64,000 bases of DNA from Candidatus Omnitrophota bacterium. GTDB lineage: Bacteria > Omnitrophota > Gorgyraeia > Zapsychrales > Fredricksoniimonadaceae. Positions 47,219 through 59,673 of the stretch are shown in pieces. The stretch covers positions 1,146 to 65,145 of the forward strand of contig CAIUQE010000019.1 in the NCBI GenBank assembly GCA_903901225.1. Direction: 5' to 3'. Position numbers and translations under genes: made by a program. Numbering within the stretch: the stretch's first letter is position 1; each line of letters opens with the position of its first letter. The notes beneath the pieces are model-generated. The model saw nothing but the letters and a program-made list of their open reading frames with translations. It did no database searches and was not told where the DNA came from.

Positions 47219-47454
47219 ACGCGGTCACTCTCCCGTTCGATCGACGTACTTATCCCCTTAAGAAACCCGCGCATGGTCTTCATTTTCTTGACCGGCAGCA
47301 GTTCAATGCGGTCCTGGAAGTGGAACACCTGGAGCTTCTCTCCGGGACCAATGGGAAATTCCTTGCGCATCAGCGCGGGGATGACGATCTGGTATTTGGG
47401 CGAGACGGTCACGGTTGTCATACGTTTCTCCGATCGATAAGATATTTGTAGCAC
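47215..47454 (-). CDS. vapB: AbrB/MazE/SpoVT-type antitoxin VapB
   Basis: 79 aa, ...TVTVSPKYQIVIPALMRKEF is a swapped-hairpin motif. Overlaps vapC by 4 bp. Confidence 0.7.
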   Translation of the reverse strand: MLQISYRSEKRMTTVTVSPKYQIVIPALMRKEFPIGPGEKLQVFHFQDRIELLPVKKMKTMRGFLKGISTSIERESDRV

Positions 47455-47746
47455 ATCCCAACTATAGCAGGCCTTTGCAGATGGTCAAGAGATCCTGCAT
47501 GTCGTGTATGGAGGGGTTTTGACAAGAAAATATATGGTGACTACAATGAACAATGATTTTCATGAAAAATCCGGGTTAAATAAGAAGAAATGTTTTGGAA
47601 GCAGGTGGAATTCGTTTTTTGTCGCACTATGAGTTACAATTCGCGGTCCATGAACGCTCCAGATAAAAACCATCGACAGATAGGCCTTCGGGCAGTAATA
47701 TATACAATCTTTAAGTTATATTAATATCGATTCAACAAGGAATTCC

Positions 47747-48820
47747 ATGGAAATAGGTATCGTCGGGCTTCCCAACGTCGGGAAGTCAACATTGTTCAAC
47801 GCGTTGACCGGGGCCGCCGCGGCCGCGTCGAATTTCCCTTTCACGACCATTGAGCCGAATGTGGGGGTCGTGCCGATCCCTGATGATCGGCTGTCGCGGC
47901 TGTCGGACGAGTGGCATTCGGCCAAGATCACGCCGGCGGGCATCCGTTTCGTGGATATCGCGGGGCTCGTCAAGGGCGCGAGCAAGGGCGAGGGGCTGGG
48001 CAACCAGTTTTTGGGCAACATCCGCTCCGTGGACGCGGTGGCGCACGTGGTGCGGTGTTTCAGGGATGACAATGTCATTAATGTCATGAACGACTTGAAT
48101 CCGACGGATGCCGCGGACATCATCGAGATGGAATTGATGCTTTCTGACATGCAGCAGGCGCAGAAAGCTTACGACAAATGGATGCGCCCGGCCAAGTGCG
48201 GCGACAAGGACGCGAAGATCAAATGCGACGTGCTCGAAGCGGTCCTCAAGGGATTGGATGAAGGTATTCCGGTGCGCCGTCAGACCATCGACCAGGCGGT
48301 CGCGAGGGAATTCCAGTTCATCACCAACAAGCCGGTCATGTATGTGGCGAACACCGGCGAGAACGGGCCGGATGAGGCGCTCATGGCCCCGCTGGTCGAG
48401 CGCGCGGCGAAAGAAGGCGCGGCCCTGATCCCGTTGTGCACGAAATTCGAGGCCGAGGTGGTCCAGCTTTCGCCCGAGGAGCGCAAGGAATATTATGACG
48501 CGGCGGGCATCGGGACCCCCGGGTTGGCCCGTCTGGCCCAGGCCGGGAAAGACCTGCTGCGTCAGGTGTGTTTTTTCACGGCCGGCGAGCAGGAGACGCG
48601 CGCGTGGCTTATTCCTCAAGAGACGCGGGCCGTGAAGGCCGCGGGCAAGATCCATACCGATATCGAACGCGGGTTCATCCGCGCCGAGATCTACCGTTAC
48701 AAGGACCTTGTGGCGCTGGGGTCTTACAAGGCCGTGCAGGAAGCTAAAAAGATCACTCTTGAAGGCAAAGATTACCTTATGCAAGAGGGTGATGTCGTCT
48801 ATTTTAGATTCAGCGTGTAA
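47747..48820 (+). CDS. ychF: Ribosome-binding ATPase YchF
   Basis: GIVGLPNVGKSTLFNAL, a TGS domain at the C-terminus, 357 aa. Confidence 0.9.
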   Translation: MEIGIVGLPNVGKSTLFNALTGAAAAASNFPFTTIEPNVGVVPIPDDRLSRLSDEWHSAKITPAGIRFVDIAGLVKGASKGEGLGNQFLGNIRSVDAVAHVVRCFRDDNVINVMNDLNPTDAADIIEMELMLSDMQQAQKAYDKWMRPAKCGDKDAKIKCDVLEAVLKGLDEGIPVRRQTIDQAVAREFQFITNKPVMYVANTGENGPDEALMAPLVERAAKEGAALIPLCTKFEAEVVQLSPEERKEYYDAAGIGTPGLARLAQAGKDLLRQVCFFTAGEQETRAWLIPQETRAVKAAGKIHTDIERGFIRAEIYRYKDLVALGSYKAVQEAKKITLEGKDYLMQEGDVVYFRFSV

Positions 48821-48841
48821 CTATCGGAAGCCGGTTGACCC

Positions 48842-49940
48842 ATGAATGAAATGTTATCCAGAAAAATAAGAGAGCTTGACCAGAAGATCTCCGACCTTCG
48901 GGGGTTTCTTTGACCTGCCCAGACTTGTTGAACGTATCCATGTGACCGAAGCGCGTATGGCGGCCCCTGATTTCTGGAACAACCAGGACGAGGCCAACAA
49001 GCTTATCAAGGAATTGAAGGGCCTTAAGGGGGCGGTCGACCCTCTGACGCAGGCCGAGAAGCTGATCACGGACGCGCGCGAACTGCTGGAGCTCGCCGAA
49101 GGCGACGCCGCGATGGAGAGCCAGATCGAGGCGGATGTCCAGTCACTCATCCCCATCGTGGGCAAACTTGAGATCCAGACGCTGCTGGCCGGGCCGTATG
49201 ATAATTGCAATGCCATCGTGAGCCTCAATTCGGGCGCCGGTGGCACGGAGTCGTGCGACTGGACCGGTATGCTGTTTCGCATGTACACGCGCTGGGCCGA
49301 GAGCAAGGGCTGCAAGGTCGAAGTCTTTGATATCCTGCCCGGTGAAGAGGCCGGCATCAAGAATGTTTCGTTCCGCGTGGAAGGCGACAAGGTGTATGGG
49401 TTCCTCAAGGCGGAAAAGGGCGTGCACCGCCTGGTGCGCATTTCCCCGTTCGATTCGAACAAGCGCCGCCACACGTCCTTCGCCTCTTTCGACGTGATCC
49501 CCGAGATCGAGGATGACACAGAGGTGGAGATCAACCCCGACGACCTGAAGGTCGACGTTTTTCGTTCCTCCGGTCCCGGCGGGCAGAGCGTGAACACCGC
49601 GGATTCGGCGGTGCGCATCACCCACATACCGACGGGTTTTATCACCCAGAGCCAGGTCGAGCGTTCGCAGCTGCAGAACAAGGCCCGCTGTATGAAGGTG
49701 TTGAAGGCGAAATTATTTGAATTGAAGCAGCAGGAAATGGATAATAAACTGGCCGCGGAAGCGGGCCAGAAACAGAAGATCGAGTGGGGGAGCCAGATCC
49801 GTTCCTACGTCATGCAGCCTTACCAGATGGTCAAGGACCACCGCACGGACGCCGAAACGGGCAATATCCAGAAGGTCATGGACGGGGACATTGACATGTT
49901 CATCGAGGCTTTCCTCAAGATGAAGCCGCACGACAAATAG
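48842..49940 (+). CDS. prfB: Peptide chain release factor 2 with programmed +1 frameshift
   Basis: Frame 0: MNEMLSRKIRELDQKISDLRGFL then TGA. Site AGGGGG TTT CTT TGA C at 48899-48914 (SD-like element plus CUU UGA C). The +1 frame continues DLPRLVERIH... with SPF and GGQ (GPGGQSVNT) motifs. The track lists only the downstream ORF from 48876. Confidence 0.9.
48899..48914 (+). promoter_or_regulatory. RF2 autoregulatory +1 frameshift site (SD-like AGGGGG plus CUU UGA C)
   Basis: Direct reading of the sequence. This is the canonical prfB recoding signal. Confidence 0.85.
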
Positions 49941-49949
49941 GAAAAAACC

Positions 49950-52945
<2,996 letters not shown>

Positions 52946-52949
<4 letters not shown>

Positions 52950-54460
52950 TCCGCGCGGCTGGCGGCATCCTCACGGCGGTCCTGCTGTCATTGTGTTTTC
53001 CATCGGGAAACATGGCGTGGTGCGCGTGGTTCGCCCTCATTCCGCTCATCCTGGCGGCCGCAGGCACCCGTCCTTCGCGCGCCCTGGGGCATGGTTATGC
53101 CGCCGGGTTCGTTTTTTTTATTCTGACCCTTTTCTGGATCCATCACGTCACGGCCCTTGGGCTGATCCTCCTGTCGGCTTATCTTGCCGTTTACTGGGGG
53201 ATATTCGCCGCGGGTGCGGCCTGGAGCGCGTCGTGGACCCTGGCCCGTCGCGCGATTTTCCTTCCCGCGCTGTGGACCGCCCTGGAGTATGCGCGGGCGC
53301 GCGCGTTTACGGGCTTCGGCTGGTCGTCGCTGGCGCATACCCAAAGCGCGAATATCTTCTTCATCCAGATCGCGGACATCACCGGCACTTACGGTGTTTC
53401 CTTCATCATGGTGGCGGTGGCGGTCATTGTCGGTGATGTTCTGCGCGCGGCCTATCGCGAGGGCAGGATCGGCCGGGAGGTTCGCGGCCCGCTCTTTGGT
53501 CTTGTGCTGGTGCTGGGTCTGGTGTTGTGTTACGGGTTATGGCGCGTCAGCGGCCTGGAGAAGTCGTCCTCTTCCCGGACAATCCGCGTGGCCCTTGTCC
53601 AGCCGAATATTTCCCTGGCGGATGACTGGGACCCTTTGCTCAGGTCCAATGTCGTCGACAGGCATCTGGCCCTGAGCCGTGCCGCCATGGCCCTCAAACC
53701 CGATCTTGTCGTATGGCCGGAAACAGCGTTCCCCGCGTTCATCTGGGAACAGCCTGATCTTTTTGAGAAGCTCCGGGCGTTCACGCGTGAGAACAGGGTC
53801 AGGCTTCTTTTCGGCGCCGTGACCCGTTCTGGCCAGGCCTATTTCAATTCCGCCATTCTCGTTGATGAAACAGGGCGCCCCGGTGGCCGTTACGATAAGC
53901 AGCACCTGGTGCTTTTTGGCGAGTATATCCCGTTGCGCCGGGAGCTGCCGTTCCTGGCCAGCATCGTGCCCATCGATGATTTCACGCCCGGAAAAAGCAA
54001 CACAGTTTTTCCGCTGGGACGGGGGTTGTTCTTTTCGGCGCTTGTCTGTTTCGAAGACACGCTTCCCGAATTGACCCGCCGGGCCGCGGCGGACGGTGCG
54101 GAATTCCTGGTCAATATTACCAATGACGCGTGGTTCGGGCCGTCACGCCAGCCGTGGATGCATCTGGATAATGCCGTTTTTAGGGCGGTTGAATCTCGCC
54201 TTCCATTATTACGCGCTACCAAGACCGGGGTGAGTTGCGCGGTGATGCCGGATGGTCGCGTCACCGGCTGTGTGGCGGATGACAGGGGCCGGTCCGTGAT
54301 GGTGGAAGGCGTCAAGGTCGTGGAGTTTCCCGTGATGGCGCCGCCGCCTACCTTTTACACAAAGTACGGAGATATTTTTGCAATGCTCGTTTTTATCGCT
54401 ATACTAGGGGTTGTATTGGTAAAAAATCCAGGAGCGGAGGCTAGCAATGTCCGATCATGA
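52946..54460 (+). CDS. lnt: Apolipoprotein N-acyltransferase
   Basis: N-terminal TM bundle plus a CN-hydrolase domain (RVALVQPNISL...). Overlaps secA by 4 bp. Confidence 0.85.
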
Positions 54461-54830
54461 CCGTATTTTTAAAGTGTTGATCATTGATGACGATAAAGGT
54501 TTGCAGAGGATGCTCCAGATCGTGCTGGGCACTCACGGGTTTGATATTGTATCCGCGTTCACGGGTGAAGAAGGGCTTTCACTGGCCAAAGCGGAGAAGC
54601 CGGATGCCATCGTCCTGGACGTCATGATGCCGGGGATCAAGGGGCGGGATGTGTGCCGCACCCTCAAGGCGGATGCCGCCACGCGGGATATTCCCGTGCT
54701 TATCCTGAGCGCGAAAGATTCGGATGATGATATCGCCGCGGAGCTTGCCGCCGGCGCGGTCGCCCATCTTACGAAGCCCGTCAATTCCACGTCGCTTGTC
54801 CGGAAGGTTAAGCAGATCCTGGGGGCCTGA
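54447..54830 (+). CDS. Single-domain response regulator (CheY-like receiver)
   Basis: 127 aa. DD...D57-equivalent (LDVMMPG), LSAKD, and the conserved K (LTKP). Confidence 0.8.
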   Translation: MSDHDRIFKVLIIDDDKGLQRMLQIVLGTHGFDIVSAFTGEEGLSLAKAEKPDAIVLDVMMPGIKGRDVCRTLKADAATRDIPVLILSAKDSDDDIAAELAAGAVAHLTKPVNSTSLVRKVKQILGA

Positions 54831-55714
54831 TGTCCCGGTTTTTGTTCAACCTGCTTTACGGCGTTATCCGTTCCCTCCCGTACTGGCTTTATCACGCTTT
54901 GGCCTTGCTTGGGGCGTGGGTCATTTACAGCGTGTCCGCCCGCCTGCGGCGCAATGCCCTCGAAAGCCTTGCGATCGCGTTCGGCGATACGATCTCGCCG
55001 CGTTCCAAAGATGTTATCGCGCGGGAATCTTTCCTGAGCCTTACGCTGGGTATCGCGGACCTTGCTTTTTATATTGCCCGTCCCGGCCGCGCGGCCGATG
55101 TTTTTTCTTTGGAGGGGGGCGCGTATCTCCAGGAGGCGCGGCAGAAGGGTGCCGGCGCGGTCGTGGCCGTCGCGCATCTGGGGCCTTTCGCGGCCATGCT
55201 TTTTAAATTTCTTTATGAAGGCCACAAGGTGTGGGTGGTGATGCGCCCGCCTCGCAGCGAGGCCCTGCGCAAGGACCTTATCAGCCGCCGGGACACGTTC
55301 GCGCCCCAGCCCATCTACAGCACGCCGATCCGTGAATGCGTCGTCGCTTGTTCCCAGGTGTTGCGGCGCAATGAGGTCCTGGTCATGCCCGTGGACCAGA
55401 ATTACGGAGGGCCAGGGCGGGTTTTTGTTGATTTCTTCGGGCGCAAGGCGGCAACGGCCGCAGGTCCCGCGGCTTACGCGGCCAAGACGGGGGCGGCGCT
55501 CCTGACGGCGTTCGCCAGGCCTAACGGGCGGGGGCGCTGGAAGATCACGGTCGCGCCCGTGGCGATCGACCGGACGGTTCCTGAACAGGAGGCCATCCTG
55601 AAAGCGACGCAGGAGATCACGGCGCGCGTCGAGGCCGAGGCCCGCGCGAACCCCGGAGAATGGTCGTGGATGCATCGCCGCTGGAAAGCGGTCCCCAGGG
55701 AAGGAGAGGTTTAG
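54830..55714 (+). CDS. Lysophospholipid/lipid A biosynthesis acyltransferase (LpxL/HtrB family)
   Basis: An N-terminal TM segment. An HX4D-like region (AVAHLGPF). 294 aa, typical of lauroyl/myristoyl acyltransferases. Confidence 0.6.
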   Translation: MSRFLFNLLYGVIRSLPYWLYHALALLGAWVIYSVSARLRRNALESLAIAFGDTISPRSKDVIARESFLSLTLGIADLAFYIARPGRAADVFSLEGGAYLQEARQKGAGAVVAVAHLGPFAAMLFKFLYEGHKVWVVMRPPRSEALRKDLISRRDTFAPQPIYSTPIRECVVACSQVLRRNEVLVMPVDQNYGGPGRVFVDFFGRKAATAAGPAAYAAKTGAALLTAFARPNGRGRWKITVAPVAIDRTVPEQEAILKATQEITARVEAEARANPGEWSWMHRRWKAVPREGEV

Positions 55715-55715
55715 C

Positions 55716-55880
55716 ATGTTGAAAAAAACACTATTCTTTATTATCGGGTTCGCGCTGGTCATTGCCGGCATCACCCTGACGCTGCGCGACTGGTTTTTCC
55801 TGGTCATGGTCTTTCGCGGGGTTATCGGCCCGCTCATGGCCGTTATCGGGCTGGTCGTCCTGACGCTGATCAAAGATTGA
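55716..55880 (+). CDS. Small hydrophobic membrane protein (54 aa)
   Basis: RBS AAGGAGAGG precedes the ATG at 55716. MLKKTLFFIIGFALVIAGITLTLRDWFFLVMVFRGVIGPLMAVIGLVVLTLIKD. Below the cut-off of the ORF track. Confidence 0.3.
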   Translation: MLKKTLFFIIGFALVIAGITLTLRDWFFLVMVFRGVIGPLMAVIGLVVLTLIKD

Positions 55881-55943
55881 TTTGGACAGAACGCCGCGGC
55901 TCGGCTATATTAGGTTGTCATTTCCCCTAACAGGAGAATCATT

Positions 55944-56567
55944 ATGTTCCAGTTGTTCCCCCACGAAGTGAATTTTTTTGACCTTTTCGAGAAACAGTCC
56001 GCGTGCCTGCTGGATGCGGCGGCGGCGCTGAAGTCCGCGGTCGCCAAGGGCACCGTCGACATTGACGCGCTCCAGAGGGTCCACCAGATCGAGGAAGAAG
56101 CGGACAAGGCTTCCTTCGCGGTCATTTCGCAGCTCAACAAGTCCTTCATTACGCCGTTCGACCGTGAAGACATCCACGCGCTGACGAAAGCGCTCGACGA
56201 TGTTGTCGACATGATGAACACGATCGCCAACCGCATGTCCGTCTACAAGATCAATGAGGTCCGCCAGAACCTCATCGCCTTCGCGCTCGTCATAGAAGAG
56301 TCCGTCCGGGCCCTCAATGAGGCGGTCCGCAAGATGCGCGACATGAAGCATTACCAGCTGGTCATGAACGCCTGCATCGAGGTCAGCCGCCTCGAGAACA
56401 TCTCCGATTCCATGCGGGATACCGCGCTGGCCGGGCTGTTCGAGACGGAGAAGGACCCCATCATCGTCATCAAGTGGAAAGAGCTTTATGAGGACGCGGA
56501 AATGGTGCTGGACATCTGTGAGGACGCGGCCCATGTCGTTGAATCCATCATGCTCAAGCAGGCGTAA
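55944..56567 (+). CDS. DUF47 (PhoU-like) phosphate transport regulator
   Basis: 207 aa helical protein, MFQLFPHEVNFFDLFEKQ... Immediately upstream of pitA, the conserved DUF47-PitA pairing. Confidence 0.75.
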   Translation: MFQLFPHEVNFFDLFEKQSACLLDAAAALKSAVAKGTVDIDALQRVHQIEEEADKASFAVISQLNKSFITPFDREDIHALTKALDDVVDMMNTIANRMSVYKINEVRQNLIAFALVIEESVRALNEAVRKMRDMKHYQLVMNACIEVSRLENISDSMRDTALAGLFETEKDPIIVIKWKELYEDAEMVLDICEDAAHVVESIMLKQA

Positions 56568-56573
56568 GGCATC

Positions 56574-57575
56574 ATGACCCTGGAAATATTTTTTCTTGTT
56601 TTTCTCGCTTTGGTGTTCGATTTTTTGAACGGGTTCCACGACTCCGCCAACGCGATCGCCACCATCGTGTCGACGCGCGTCCTGACACCGCGCCAGGCGG
56701 TGCTGTGGGCCGGTTGTTTCGAGTTCCTTTCCCTTGTCATTTTCTTCTTTATCGGGCTGCACGTGGCGAACACGGTCGGTAAGGGCATCATCGATATCCA
56801 TATCGTGAACAATGAGGTCATTTTTGGCGCGCTGATGGGGGCGTGCAGCTGGAACATCATCACCTGGTATTTCGGCATCCCGACCAGTTCTTCGCACGCG
56901 TTGATCGGCGGCATGATCGGTTCGGCGCTGGTCAAGGCCGGCCCCAAGGCCCTGGTCGCGGCGGGGATCATTAAGACCGTGTCGTTCATTTTCATATCGC
57001 CGCTCGTGGGGCTTGTGCTGGGTGTCATCTTGGGGCGGCTGGTGTACTGGCTTTTCCGGCATTCCTCGCCTTACAAGGTGGATTTCTTCTTCCGCAAGGG
57101 GCAATTGTTCTCGGCCGCGCTTTACAGCATGGGGCACGGCGGCAATGACGCGCAAAAGACCATGGGCATCATCGCCAGCCTGCTTTTTTCGGCCGGCCTC
57201 CTGGGCGAGAAATTCTATGTCCCGGTGTGGGTCATGGTCGCGTGTTTCGCCGCGATATCGTGCGGCATCATGTTCGGCGGCTGGCGCATTGTCAAGACCA
57301 TGGGGCAGAAGATCGCCAAGCTCAAGCCTGTGGACGGGTTCTGCGCCGAGACGGGCGCCGCGATGATGCTGTTCACCGCGACGTTCTTCGGCGTGCCGGT
57401 ATCCACGACGCAGACGATCACCGGGTCCATTATGGGCGTTGGTTCGCGCCGGCGCCTGAGCGCGGTGAAATGGGGCGTGGCGGGCAATATTGTTGTGGCC
57501 TGGATCATCACGATCCCGTGTTCCGCCGCCATTGCCGCGCTGGCCTACGGGGTGGCGCACACGATCAGAGGATGA
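56574..57575 (+). CDS. pitA: Inorganic phosphate transporter (PiT/PHO4 family)
   Basis: GFHDSANAIAT and GHGGNDAQKTMGII signature repeats. 333 aa. Confidence 0.9.
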   Translation: MTLEIFFLVFLALVFDFLNGFHDSANAIATIVSTRVLTPRQAVLWAGCFEFLSLVIFFFIGLHVANTVGKGIIDIHIVNNEVIFGALMGACSWNIITWYFGIPTSSSHALIGGMIGSALVKAGPKALVAAGIIKTVSFIFISPLVGLVLGVILGRLVYWLFRHSSPYKVDFFFRKGQLFSAALYSMGHGGNDAQKTMGIIASLLFSAGLLGEKFYVPVWVMVACFAAISCGIMFGGWRIVKTMGQKIAKLKPVDGFCAETGAAMMLFTATFFGVPVSTTQTITGSIMGVGSRRRLSAVKWGVAGNIVVAWIITIPCSAAIAALAYGVAHTIRG

Positions 57576-57576
57576 C

Positions 57577-58215
57577 ATGCTCCTGCGTTTAAGAAAATAT
57601 TTCCTTTCCGGCCTTGCCGTTTTCCTGCCGCTGGTTTTTGCCATTTATGTTTTTATCTGGATCCTGAATTTCATGGAAAGCCTCCTGGGGCGGTACCTGA
57701 GGCCTTTCTTCATTGAGTATTACGATTTTTATTTCTGGGGCCTGGGGATATTGATCCTTCTACTGGTCGTTCTTTTCTGCGGCTTCTGCGTGACCCATTA
57801 TTTTGGCAAGGTGATCCACCGCGTCACGGAGCGCATTGTCCTGCGCATCCCGCTCTTGGGTAGCATTTATCCCGCTTTCCGTGAGATCGCGGGGTTCCTT
57901 TTCAGGGAACACGCTTCGAACATCCAACAGGTCGTGATGGTCGAGTGGCCCTGCAAGGGGATGTACATGATCGCGTTTCTGACCAACAAGACCGCTGAGC
58001 GCATCGCCGTGAAGGCCGGCAGGAAAATGTCGAATGTCATGATCCCGCATGTTCCCAATCCTCTCGTGGGTTTTGTCGTTATGGTGCCGGATGAAGATAT
58101 CGTTCCTTTACCCATCTCGATCGAGGAAGCGGTGAAGATCATTGTTTCCGGCGGCGTCATTAACGGCGAACCCCATCCCTATCTTCCCGGTCATGATGGC
58201 GTCACGAAAGCCTGA
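57577..58215 (+). CDS. DUF502 family membrane protein
   Basis: An ATG at 57577 gives MLLRLRKYFLSGLAVFLPLVFAIYVF... A conserved IPLLGSIY-type motif. The track start at 57490 overlaps pitA. Confidence 0.6.
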   Translation: MLLRLRKYFLSGLAVFLPLVFAIYVFIWILNFMESLLGRYLRPFFIEYYDFYFWGLGILILLLVVLFCGFCVTHYFGKVIHRVTERIVLRIPLLGSIYPAFREIAGFLFREHASNIQQVVMVEWPCKGMYMIAFLTNKTAERIAVKAGRKMSNVMIPHVPNPLVGFVVMVPDEDIVPLPISIEEAVKIIVSGGVINGEPHPYLPGHDGVTKA

Positions 58216-58861
58216 CCTCAGCGGCGTCAAACTTGTTGTTTTTGACATTGACGGCACCCTTGTGGACGCGTATCCCGCTATCACCGACAGCGTGAATCAT
58301 ATGCTCAAGCGCATGGGTTACCCGCCGCAGTCGCTGGCCACGGTCAAGCGTTCGGTCGGCTGGGGTGTGGACGGCCTGGTGCGCAAGTTCGTTCCCGAAG
58401 AGCAGGCTGCCGCGGCGCTGGCTATTTTTCGACGGCATCATGACGCGCGCCTGCGCCGGAATATCCGGGTGCTTCCGGGCGTGAAGGCCCTTTTGCCTTT
58501 CCTGAAGCGGCGCGGCTGTGTCCTTGCCATCGCGAGCAACCGTCCCGCGAAATTCTGCCGGATCATCCTCAAGACGCTGGGCATCGGCGGATATTTCAAA
58601 TATGTTGTCTGCGGGGATTCGGTCAAGCGCGCCAAACCTTATCCCGACATGCTCAAGTGCATCCTGAAAAAGAGCGGTATCCGGGCCGGCCAGGCGGTTT
58701 ACGTGGGTGATATGACGGTTGATATCGAGTGCGGCCGCGCGGCAGGCGTTCCCACGCTGGCTGTGCCCACCGGTTCCTGCACGCGCGCCGAGCTCAAGGC
58801 CGCCAGGCCTGGCGCGTTGATCCGGCGTATCAGTGATCTGCGGGCGTTTCTCAGGCCTTAA
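58193..58861 (+). CDS. HAD-family hydrolase (phosphoglycolate-phosphatase-like)
   Basis: FDIDGTLVD (motif I), ASNRP (motif II), and K...GDMTVDIECGRAAG (motifs III and IV). Confidence 0.75.
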   Translation: MMASRKPDLSGVKLVVFDIDGTLVDAYPAITDSVNHMLKRMGYPPQSLATVKRSVGWGVDGLVRKFVPEEQAAAALAIFRRHHDARLRRNIRVLPGVKALLPFLKRRGCVLAIASNRPAKFCRIILKTLGIGGYFKYVVCGDSVKRAKPYPDMLKCILKKSGIRAGQAVYVGDMTVDIECGRAAGVPTLAVPTGSCTRAELKAARPGALIRRISDLRAFLRP

Positions 58862-58936
58862 AAAAACATTTTTTTTGTTTTTGAAGAGTGCTGATGTGTT
58901 AAAATCATCACATTCAGGGACTTTTACGGGGAAATC

Positions 58937-59326
58937 ATGTTGAAAAAAAGTTTTTTGGCGATGATCCTGGCAGGCATATGCGCTTTTTCAGCGAGCGGTT
59001 GTATTTATTTGGCCGTCGGGGCTGCGGGTGTCGTTGGCGGTTATGTGGTAAGCCCTGATACGGTGGAAGGCAGTGTGGCCCACTCTTTTGAAGACACCTG
59101 GAACGCGGCCAAAGAGATCACGGGCATCATGGGCAAGATCGTCGAGGAGAACAGCTCCCAGGGTGTCCTTCTGGCTGACATCAATGCGGCCCGCGTGACG
59201 GTCACGCTGGTATCCGTCAACGGGACAACTACCAAGATATCCATCAAAGCGCGTAAATCCTTCATGCCCAAGGTTGACCTGGCCCAGGATGTCTACATCA
59301 AGATCGTCAACAGTTTTGAGCGTTGA
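58937..59326 (+). CDS. Small lipoprotein, DUF3568-like
   Basis: Lipobox SASGC|IYLAVGAAGVVGGYVVSPDTVEG, 129 aa. Confidence 0.5.
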   Translation: MLKKSFLAMILAGICAFSASGCIYLAVGAAGVVGGYVVSPDTVEGSVAHSFEDTWNAAKEITGIMGKIVEENSSQGVLLADINAARVTVTLVSVNGTTTKISIKARKSFMPKVDLAQDVYIKIVNSFER

Positions 59327-59389
59327 TCTCCCCACGACATTTTTGATTTGACAACAAGCGGCGGACGGATAGAATAGCTTTTCTATTTC

Positions 59390-59462
59390 GCCGAGATAGC
59401 TCAGTTGGTAGAGCGAAGGACTGAAAATCCTTGCGTCCCCAGTTCAATTCTGGGTCTCGGCA
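59390..59462 (+). tRNA. tRNA-Phe (anticodon GAA)
   Basis: GCCGAGATAGCTCAGTTGGTAGAGCGAAGGACTGAAAATCCTTGCGTCCCCAGTTCAATTCTGGGTCTCGGCA. D-loop GTTGGTAGAGC, anticodon loop CTGAAAA, T-arm GTTCAATTC. No encoded CCA. Confidence 0.9.
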
Positions 59463-59539
59463 CTTTTTTCTTCCGCAGCGCAAGAAACCCGCTTCCCGAA
59501 AGGGCGCGGGTTTCTTGCTTATTGGGGAAGAAAAAAGTG
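59461..59539. terminator. Nested long hairpin with T/A runs on both sides (bidirectional intrinsic terminator candidate)
   Basis: Outer stem CACTTTTTTCTTCC / GGAAGAAAAAAGTG. Inner 13-bp stem GCAAGAAACCCGC / GCGGGTTTCTTGC. Central CCC-GAAA-GGG tetraloop. It lies directly 3' of tRNA-Phe. Confidence 0.6.
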
Positions 59540-59673
59540 CCCTGGCGAGGCTCCGCCCGATCCGGGGCATATTCTTTCTATGAGGGGTTCGACTTTCGTC
59601 CTTTTTTTGCTTTTTTCTCTAAAGTCCGATAAAATAGGCTTCGTTCCGTAATGAAAAAATATTTCTCAGGGAG

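Noticed and set aside
47786-48784. 332-aa minus-strand ORF
   Set aside because: It is antisense to ychF (Walker A GLPNVGKST on + strand).
54533-55873. 446-aa minus-strand ORF
   Set aside because: It is antisense to the response regulator and the LpxL-like acyltransferase.
55905-57644. 579-aa minus-strand ORF
   Set aside because: It is antisense to the DUF47-pitA pair.
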